Part shown: positions 54,201-64,000 of the stretch, in pieces
Layout: the number at the start of each line of letters is the position of its first letter
Numbering within the stretch: the first letter of the stretch is position 1
From: Nageia nagi
Lineage: Eukaryota > Plantae > Pinophyta
Reading direction: 5' to 3'
DNA length: 64,000 nt
NCBI GenBank assembly: GCA_050084985.1
Contig: JBITNC010000001.1
Span: 45,942,001-46,006,000, forward strand
Translations under genes and position numbers: made by a program
The notes under the pieces: model-generated
Database searches by the model: none
Seen by the model: only the letters and a program-made list of their open reading frames with translations
What the model was told of the DNA's origin: nothing

Positions 54201-56125
54201 TTATTCATCAAATCACTAGTCTAATATTTCAATATATTAACTTTTATCAATAAAATACCTTAAGTATTTATAGATAAAATAATGATCTTACCAAGATGGT
54301 CTAAATCCATCGAGCCTATCAAACCTTGTAACTTGAAAAAGCATTAGCATAATAACGTATATCAAAATCAACTATTCAAATGTTAAACCACAACATTCAC
54401 TAATATTTCAATACAGAATTTGAAGCATCCTAGGGAACATTACAATACCAAATTTGCACTAAATATTAAAACCTTAGGAGTTCAACAAAGACTTCAAAAA
54501 CTGGTACATGACACATAGTGGTAGGATTAAATATTTTGACTCCTACACTGATGTATTCCTTCAACCCACTAATGAAGCAACTCTTGAAAAAAGATTTATC
54601 TAATCCCTCTGTGCGATTTGTAAGCTTTTCAAATTATGTCTGATATTCCTTAATTGTTGATATTTTTCAAAGTTTTGTAAGGGCTACTATGAAATCCTTA
54701 AAATCACTTGGGCTAAACCACACCAACAATTTTTTTGTAAATTGCCCTCAATAAGGAGTCCCATTAGTTTTTTCAAACCATTGGTACCATTGAATGGCCT
54801 CATGCTCCAAATGGAAAGAAGCGACACTGACCTTTTGAACCTTGTGAATTTGGTTTAGTGTAAAATATTATTCTACTTTATAAATTCATCTTGTTGGATC
54901 CTCTCCATCAAATATAGGGAGATCTATCTTCATTATCTATGGAAGGATGAAGGCTTGGGGGCCTCCCATATGCACTTGTTATACCTACATTTGAGTATTA
55001 TGCCATGAAGATTGTTGAAAGCTTGTACCTGGTGTAGTTTTGTATGAGGTTGGTTGTTGTCTAACTATCTGAACTACTTTTTATACTTGTAATAGAATCG
55101 AATACACTAAGTCATATTTGGTGCCCAATTTAACAAGCTTCTTTGTTAATTTAATGAATTTGCCATTTATGTCTTGAAAAGTCTATTTGAGGTTGACTCC
55201 ACCAAGGTGAACTTGAAGTTGTTTAACCTCATGATCTATTTTTTTCAAAGTGTGGTCTTGAGATCTTCTTCTTTCCATGTGAAATACAAGTTAGGTCCTA
55301 ACTTACTATTTGTAATAACTACTATTTTTGGAAACTAATAAAGTGTATGGGTGTTATATCTCAAAATGATTATCTTTAAAAATATCAAGAATGGGCTAGG
55401 TCTCAAGTTGCGTACTTTCAAAATTTGGTAATTTCTCACAATTTAGGAGATATTTGGTTTAGAAGTTTTTTTCGATTTTGGACCTATTATTTTGGTGACA
55501 AGGTTAAGGGTTTTATGAGATTCTAAAAAAAATGAATAGAGTTTTAGTTGGAAAATAATAATTTTTATGGTTCCACTTTGATGTGACCTTCCAATATGCA
55601 AAAAATTGGACAAATTTTCAACTATAAAAAGGATAATTTCTAGCTTTCTCAATTAATGTGACCACACAGAAATGCCCATAGGTAGCCAAAATTAAAGTTC
55701 TGATACCACTTGTTAGGACTCAAGTAGAATTAAAAAGGGGATTTTCTCTTAATATCATAAGAAATACTAAAATATAAAATAACCACAAACTCAAAGTGCA
55801 TCAAGTAAAACAAATGGAATGAGATACTAAGATTAACAATAGATAATAGAATACAATAACTTTACTAATAACAATATGAATTGTAGGTCACTTTAAGGGG
55901 AATTACTCCTTACAACTCAAATAGATAAATGATTTTTCAAGATACTCTCTTTACCTCTCTTACAAGTATTTATAGTCCCCCTACCCTAATTAGTGGTTTA
56001 CATTCAAAATGACACTTTGCCTTACAAAATATGATGGTTCACATTACAAGTTGATGCAAGTAAATAATTAAATTAACTAAAATATAAATAAATCTAAGTA
56101 AATATTAGGATGTGGGATCCTAACA
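45215..56125 (-). mobile_element. Chromovirus-type Ty3/Gypsy (short LTRs, Reina-like) nested in the Copia integrase
   Basis: LTRs 45215-45627 and 55711-56125 (TGTTAGGA...TCCTAACA); TSD TCTTC/TATTC; PBS 55697-55708; PPT 45628-45640. Gag ASFHLEHEAIQWYQW and SCFISGLK (~54550-54830); PR LDLGSTHN (~48840); RT IFFDDILIY; chromodomain-like STWE ~45705. Confidence 0.92.
49050..54444 (-). mobile_element. Truncated LTR element nested in the chromovirus gag: ~3.67-kb LTR (50779-54444), PBS 50766-50777, decayed internal region, no 3' LTR
   Basis: The minus strand starts TGTAATGTTCCC at 54444 and ends TTTTACA at 50779, followed by TGGTATCAAAGC. Host gag stops at ~54445 and the gag-PR linker resumes at ~49045. 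Left boundary approximate. Confidence 0.7.
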
Positions 56126-59100
56126 TATTCACCCTCATTATTAGATCTCAACATCTTGGTTTTGAAGTTAGACTAATTTTCAACTAAGGCTTTGAAATCT
56201 TTGAACTTGTTAAAGGTTTTATCCTTATGCTCAAGTAGAGAACCAAATGTAATCCTACTGAAGTCGTAAATGAAGGTTAAGATATAATATGCTCCCCTAA
56301 TAAACTTAGTCTGAAATAAACCCATCAAATTTGAATACACAAGCTTAAAAGGTTGTGTTTCCTTTGTTGCCTTATCTTTCTCAAAATTTTACCTATTCAT
56401 CTTGCCTAGGATGCATTTCTCACAAAGACCAATAATGGATGATATCGAAGGTAAACCTTCTATAAGTTATTAATTTTTGATGACTTGAATGCTTTTATGG
56501 TTAAGGTGGATTAATAGATGGTACCAATAATTTCCCCTAGAGAAAACATTCATAGTAAGGCACATCTTTGTTGGCACTTGATCCATAATGTAGAGATCAT
56601 CTTTCACTGATATTTTCAATAAAGTGGTAAGTCCCTTCTTTATGCATTAGGAGTGTGAGTTAAACTCAAATGAGTATTCTTTCCTTGCAACTTGAATTAT
56701 AGAAAGAAGGTTCATACTAAATTTAGGCATATAAAGAGTATTTTTAAGAACCTTTTCATTCAACAACATACTCTCAATACCTTAAACTTTAAAGATTGAA
56801 TTATCATATATCACAACTACATCCTTTCTATACTTATGAAAAATTTCAAACTTATTTTTAAAACACATGTGATTTATGCAGCTAGAGTCAACAATCGAAT
56901 CATTCAAAAAAGTGTGAGACTTGGAGTTAAGACCACAAATAAAAATAAAGTTATTCTTCTTCTTCTTGCCTTTGAAGTTATTTAATTTTTTTAGATCCTT
57001 TGCTACATAATTATCACTTTTTCTTGTAGTAATATGATTCCTTCTAACTATAGATGCTACATAAATTACAATTGCCATCAAATTTAGCTTTAGATTTGGA
57101 TTTACTAGATTTATCATGGTAATTCTATTATTTGTTTTCTTCTTTATTCAAATCCTATTTTGGGTCATGGAAAAAATTCTTTTAATTTTTGAACTTCTTT
57201 TTGAAGTGAGTCTTCATTGGTCCTAGTGCTAGAAAATGCTCCTTAGAAGAGGATGTCAACAAATTTTTATTGAGTGTTTCCTCATCTTTCAAGAGAAGAA
57301 TTGAAAGATTTTTCAATGAAAAAAATTCTTCTTCATCATCGAGATTTATCACAATGACTCTCACGAAGTGACTAAATTTAGTAGAGATGATTTAAAGGAT
57401 TATGAGTACCATAAAATTATCATTGATCCAATTACAACCACACCCCACAAGTTAGATAATAAGATCAATAATATTATTCAAGTTTATTACCACACTTTCA
57501 TTTTCCTCTTGATGTGATTATAACAATTATTGAAGAATGGTGAAACTCTTGGAGAATTTAGTGCCAAGGTAGAACTTTTTTAGCCTATCCCAAGCTTGCA
57601 ATGCAAATTTTGAAAAAGAGATAATAAGAAAACTTTCATCTAAAATTTCATGAAAGATCATAGAGGTTGCTAGCTCATTCTTTACATTGTAAGTCTTAAG
57701 TGCCTTCTCATTTATTGTATCAACTTGGTTTTTATTTATGATTTATCATAGTTTTTATGCTTGGAGCTCAGCTTTCATCTTAGGTTCCTAAATTTCATAG
57801 TTAGAACTGTCTAGGATGTACTTGGGTGAAAAAGAGTCTCACATTTGCTACAAAAGAAGGTGAAAGTGTTAGCTAATGTAAATTTGTTAAATTAATCCAC
57901 CATAGATGTTAATTTTGTTCAATTTAATTAATCTGCATACATGTTAAATTTGTTCAAATTAGTCAACTATAAAATGTTGAATTAATTAAAGATAATCAAC
58001 TAATTTCACATGTGTAAAACTATTTTTAATTTCATTAAATCATATTCATCCAACATTTTATCATAACTAAATAACATTATTGTAGAGAGTATAAAGTTGA
58101 GGTTATTTTCTTATTTAAAATTAGGACTTCACCTAGATGCCTGCATGTAGCACTTGATGATTAAATTCAAGCCATGATGGATCCCAAGTCCTACCAATCT
58201 TTAACCAGTTCTCCTATGGTCAGTAATATAATCTCACAAGGAGAAGTACTAATTATTTTTCAAGGGTATGACATATGTTGGATCGATCAAATTATTATCT
58301 TAATTAAGTTTTAAGTTATCTTCTTAGATTATCAGGATAATCTTTGAATGGACTTCCAGATATGTGGTATCACTACACACATACCTATCGACCTATATAA
58401 AGTTATGTCTAGACTAACAGAGGACTTAGGGGCAATTAAGAAGTACAAACTTTACACCATTTGGATCGATGAAGTAAAGGTTCCATTCTTTCTTGTCCTC
58501 ATCTCGTGGCTCCCTAAACAAGTCATGTTGTGGATAAAAATATACGGATGTGTTCATTTTAAAGGGTGCACTTTCAATATTTATGATTTATTTACAAACT
58601 AAATTTAACATAAAATGCATGAAAAAATGTTGCATCATCCATTCACTTGAAGCCTTTAAATTCATTGGGTTTTGTTCACAACCTCAAAAGGATGTTTTTG
58701 TAAGGATAAGAGAAAAAAATGTACAAGTACATTATTTTTTCAAAAAATTAATACCTTCTTTATAAGGTGTCCCCCTCCTTAATTTTTGAAAAATAATATT
58801 TCTAAAAAAATTACCCTTTAAAACATTAACTCCCTTTTAAAACAATTCACAAAGAATTTCCATAGATAAAAAAATGAAGACACCCCTTATTTTTTAAAAA
58901 ATTAGAATTTCCCCCATTTTAAAAAAAAAAGAAATTAACATTCATCGTTAATACTTTACATCTCTTCCTAAGATAATTTAACTTTAATTCCAACTTTAAA
59001 AAAAAATTCCCCCTCTCTTAATAGGAGAAAAATTACTATCCCTTTAAAAAAATAATTAAAGGCTTCTAAAAATTGTATTTCCTTAACTGAAAAAAATATT

Positions 59101-59754
59101 TTCCCTATTTAAAAAATTTCTCCTCTTTGTCAAAAATAATATATTTATTAAATATTGAAAAACTTATTGAAATATTAAACTAAAAAAAAATTATTGCAAG
59201 TCTGCAACAAAAAAATTAATACTGACAAGAGCTAAGATTCTTGCAGGTTCTCATCAAAATGGAGAGATAAGGAGAAGAAACATAGTGGTCTCGACCTCTG
59301 CACCAACTGGAATATTTGCAATAGGGTTTATGTAAGTACCAAGAAATGGAGTGAGTGACAAAAATTGCAACAAGATATATACATACATTAAACCGTACTT
59401 AAAAAAAGGCATGAGGGAGCGTTCAAAAGGTAGAGAGGAAGACAAAGAAGCAACCCATAGCAGAAGGGAGTGTACAACCAGAGCAGGAGGAGCCAGGGAT
59501 GGATCACTCGACAGACCGATAGGGGAGCTTCCGAATGGACCGCTCTAGCCTCCACTACCATCGTTGGCTGTCGCCACGTCAAGGGATGCTTCTACAGGGC
59601 TGACATTGCATGGAACTGTCACCGCCAACAGATCACCGTAGAGGGGAAGGTTTTGACGAGCGGCTGCGTGGCAGCGGGATTCTGAGGGAGGGGTCACCCG
59701 GGCGAGGGGTAGGCGCGTAGAGGCACGACCAGTGAAGGTAGGGGTTTGAATAGT

Positions 59755-59761
<7 letters not shown>

Positions 59762-59803
<42 letters not shown>
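59762..59803. repeat. (TA)21 microsatellite
   Basis: Direct read. Confidence 0.97.
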
Positions 59804-59807
<4 letters not shown>

Positions 59808-59966
59808 GATATGTTTTTTTGTCATAGTGTAAAGATTTGCACTGATTTTAAAACAATGTTCACAATAAATGTATAATATATTATTACATAGAAGATGATA
59901 TTAAAAAATAAGGTGTGCAAATTTTACAAAAAGAGATTTTACAATAATGCATTATACATTCCAACA

Positions 59967-62900
59967 CTTATGTCATCAAAAAATTGAAGATACGATAACT
60001 TTATAATATAGTTTATCTCCACCTCGATAATGATGTTCTCTACTCTTCTTTTTTGATGAGCCTACCTAAACCCTTAGCAAAAAATGATGAAAAGATAAGG
60101 AGGAAAAGTATCTCCATGTATTATCCCTTTGGAGGATTTGAACATTTAAGAGGATAAACCGTTATTAAGAATAGAGAAAGAGACTGCAAAAATGCATTCC
60201 ATAATCAAATTTACCCAATCATCTCTAAATCCTAGTTTCTTCAAGATTTAGGCTAGAAAATCCCAACCTACTCTATCATATTCTTTGGATAGATCAAGCC
60301 TTAAGAAAATTCTAATGTTTTCTTTCTAACCCAACTTATATATAGTCTCTTATTCCATTACAATCCCATTTAGAATCTTCCTTCCCTGCATAAAACCCAC
60401 TTGCTTAGGTGAAATTAACTCTGAAAAGATCATTTTGTGTTTATTTTCTACTAGATTAGTGATTATCTTATAGACAACATTGCATAATGCAATTGGTCTA
60501 TAATTGGATAAATGCTTAATGTATTATTTATTTGGAATCAAAGCAAGAAAAGTGTTATTTAAGGAGTTTAAGATTTTTCCACTTGGTCTAGCTTCATCTA
60601 TTGCTTTGGTTAGTTCTTTGGCTATTATGTCCTAGAAAGTCCTAAACTAGAACTCCATTGGGAAAAAAAATGGACTAGGGGTCTTCCCTATCTACATGGA
60701 AAATATTATTAATTCGATTTATCCCTCATTTTTTCTTGTAATATATCCTCATTTTATTTCTAGGAGAGTATCTCTAGAATGTATTCTAGGATTTCCTCCT
60801 GATGTTGGCTAGTATCTATTAAAAATAGAGAGGTAAAATATTTATTATTTATTTCTTGCATACCTGAGATATGAAGACTTTCAAGGTATAACAGTAACTT
60901 AAACTTACATAAAAATCTCAAATCTAAGCTCATTGTTTTACCATTCACATCTCTATCTAAGAATCATTTCCTTATAGACTAGTTGTGAAACTGATCAATC
61001 AATTATAGAACTAGCGTATCTGTTAGTAAACCATCCTACCAGTTAGTTTTGGGTGTTAGCTTTTTAATAAAACTTTATCTCTTCATTTTTTCTTTAGTGA
61101 GTTGAATATGAAGCGAACAATCAGGTCCCTCTCGTCGTACTGAATGCATATATTATTCTTTCAATGATATATAAACTATTGGATTGTATTTCAATATATT
61201 ATATGCAATTTTATGGATGTTTATGAATATGTGAGCCTCTATTGTTGAATGCATTCTTATCTTGAGTTGCAGAAATGAGTTTGGCATTAGATTACTTGTG
61301 TAATTCGATTATTTATTTATATTAAATCACTTGAAGGTAGAGGTATCCTTGAATCCTCCCTCTTTGGCTAGAGCATTAATTCTATTATGATGGTGTAAAA
61401 TTGTTGGTGATTGATGAAAATATTATGTATTTTTATTGCCTTCCAACATCCAGGTAACTCTCGCTCTTTGTTTCCAGTAGGCCTCTTCTCTCTTATTCAG
61501 TTCCTCCTCCACTTTTAGCAAATAATTTTCTTGATGAGAAAGCTCTTTAGAGTGAGGCTTAGAGAAAATTATTTCTATAGTATCTTGCATCTAAATGGAG
61601 AGAGTTATTTTTTCCTACTGAAAATATAACTTATGGGATTTTTTCCTAGTTTTCAATTTTCTCTTGATGAATTTCAATCTCAATTTAAATTAGAATTGTG
61701 CTATCCCATGTAATGGTTTACTATCCAAAATGTATATGGTTTATAGCATACTCACCATGCCTTTTATAGCATCCTCCCCAAATTTCTATCCAACATGTAT
61801 TTAATATCATCCTCACCATGCCTTTTATTTATATAGGTGTTACTACATCTTAGCATGGGTATATCAAATAGGTTTAGATATTCTATCTAAGATAAAAGAT
61901 AGTTATCCTTCTAACTTAACTGAACTAATCCTCCTTACTAATCTCATATGATATTTTAGCATATAAATTCCCTTGCACTATCCATAACTCTTTCATATAT
62001 GACTCTCTAAGTTGTTGGATTGCTTTCCATTGTATCCTTAAAGCCCTCACCTCCATCATATCATAGAATTTTATTGTCATCTAGAATAATTTAGAATTCC
62101 TTTCTTTAAGTCTGTTCATAAGAATCCCTCTTGCTGGAGTTGATTTTAATAGTTTAAAAATATTCTTCTTCCATAATAAAATTACCCCTCATAAGAGTCC
62201 TTGAGCCATAAAATCTCCTTACTTTTAGCATTTCTTGGCTATGTTTTTCATTTCCTACAGATAAGCCTTAGTTTCTTATACTAAATATATATCTTAGTTA
62301 TTCTCCATGATCATCCTTTTAATATACAACTGTTTAGGGTGGCTAGTTAACCCTCTTACATTCTATGTGTGTATTATCATTGATAATTAATTATGCAAAA
62401 AATAATTATAAACTTGAACATTCTTTCTTCTTCCATTTTTTCCTTATTATTGCATCTTCTCTTCATTTATCTTCCTACTTGCTCCTTGGGAACTTCCTTT
62501 CTTATATTAGTTCTCCACTTGACTATTTCCCAAGGTTGGCTTCTCTTACTTTTTTTTTTCTACCAATCCCATAATTACATCCTTTATGATTTTTTCTTCC
62601 TGGTTATTCAGTATTATAGCTCCGTCCATCTCTGATTATGGGGCATACTAGTTTCTTACTTCTTCTCTTGGATTTTTTTAACTAGAAGTTGCAAGGATTG
62701 GGTCTCACTTGCTTTTTATGTCTCTATATTTCCTTCTTGATTTGAGCTTGATATTTATTCTCCTTCCATTAGTTCATCCCACCTAAGGATCTCATATTTG
62801 TTGGATGAGCCCTCCATTCCTAGAAGTGGTTTATGTTTCCTCACTTTTGTTGATTTCTCCCTCTTTCCTGGTTATTATTTTTTATTCATTTTCACATAAT

Positions 62901-63800
62901 AGTTTGAAATCCTTGTTTAATTTATTTTTGTGGATGTTGGGTGTCTAAATTTTGGGGTTTTTATTATGTGTCTCTCCTTTGGATAGTGTGGTACAATTTT
63001 TAACTAGATGTCCATACTCATGGCATGCTCTACATCTAAATGAAATTGATTCATAATCTATCTATTGTCTCCATATATTCCCTCTTGCTCTGATATCTAT
63101 ATCAGTTGGTAAAGGTTTTTTGATATTCATCTCCATGCATATTCTAGTATATGCTCTTAATTTTCCTTCTATTAATTCTCTTGATTGACTTATGTACTTT
63201 CCCTATAGTTTCCCTATCATTTCTAGAATCTAATCCCTATATATTTTTGATGGTAGAGTAGATAGTTTTAGCCAAATTAGCATTATAGAGGGTACATTAT
63301 TGGTATAAAAAAAAGATCTCCAAAGTTGCATGAATAGACCTATTGGGCCTATGTTATATAGTCCTCCCTAAAAGATCTTATCCTTATTAGATATCACTAT
63401 GAATTCTAGTCTAGAATATCCTTTTTATAATGTTAGTATATATAATTCCCCTTATGGTTCCTGTGTTTCCTAGCCTAAGCATACAGGAACCTTGCCAAAG
63501 GTAAAAGCCTCATAAATTTACATATTAATGAATCTGCAGATTTGTAAATAATTCCATCTACTATGAGTTCTTCTAGTATGTCTAGCATTAGGATTATTTC
63601 TATCTTAGCTAGGTATTCATTTCTTTTTGATTGATTAGCTTTTGATTTATTTTTCTTACCCATAGCTAATATAATATTTTGAGCCTGTACCTCTATTTCA
63701 TCTTCTTAGCTATCAAGACCTTTGATTACTTCCATGAAAGAGTGTGTTTGATTATTTTCAATATTTTGGGTCATTCTTGATGAGACCCCTTATGTTAACC
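59967..63800 (-). mobile_element. 5' part of LINE B (ORF1, endonuclease, RT N-terminal half)
   Basis: PIALCNVVYKII (~60461-60496), KEYDRVGWDF (~60257-60286), YLQFFDD (~59972-59992); ORF1-like YTRICMEMNI ~63125-63153. 5' end approximate. Confidence 0.85.
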
Positions 63801-64000
63801 CCCTAAGGAGGATTCTCCCATTTCTCTTTTGAAAAGACTATCAAAGTTTATAAAAAGATATTGCTATTTAAAATTTTCAACAATATAGGATTTCAAATAA
63901 ACTTTAGTATCCAAAATTACCAAGGTGCTGAGGTATCCAATAAAAAGTAAAAAATGCATGCCCACTAGTCAAACCCATCTGCTTACCCATCATCTAATAC

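Larger units (their letters stand above)
42976..59966 (-). mobile_element. Old Ty1/Copia inserted in the RT of LINE B; 3' LTR 42976-43549, 5' LTR reduced to a stub 59940-59966
   Basis: TSD CCTAT (42971-42975)/CTTAT (59967-59971); PPT at 43550-43559. Gag ATG at 57844 (DSFSPKYILDSSNY); integrase LRSNNEG|E split at 56126/45214; RT ~43650-44650. The LINE reads FFDDI|GIWGE across the insertion. Confidence 0.88.

Overview
Eukaryotic plant DNA; the AT-rich, CG/CHG-depleted, heavily nested retroelements are gymnosperm-like (inference). About 95% of the window is retrotransposon sequence, and its layers can be reconstructed from termini, PBS/PPT and target-site duplications (TSDs). Left block: L1-type LINE A (11359-15069 plus 38252-~38800, minus) is cut by two elements. 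One is an old pol-less Tat-like Gypsy (<=1-11358) that holds a very young Ty1/Copia (4023-9490, perfect ATTAT TSD) and an odd LTR+PBS insertion. The other is a LARD-like element (15070-38251) whose 3' LTR holds a 16.9-kb Ogre/Tat element (21091-38025). Right block: LINE B (~40755-42975 plus 59967-~63800) holds an old Copia (42976-59966), which holds a chromovirus (45215-56125), which holds a truncated element with a 3.7-kb LTR. Both Tat-like elements carry a decayed antisense Plant Mobile Domain (PMD) gene. The only intact host-like gene sits in a ~2-kb island: an intronless 176-aa acidic, probably disordered protein (39601-40131) with a TATA/CCAAT promoter and an upstream SINE. It has three copies of a bipartite module, D-[YF]-I-x-[LV] / acidic spacer / Y-F-P-x-R-R-C. 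I do not recognise its family and regard it as the best candidate for something undescribed. Several TE-internal patches have escaped CG/CHG decay and may be unmethylated regulatory islands. All coordinates were read by eye and no database searches were run.
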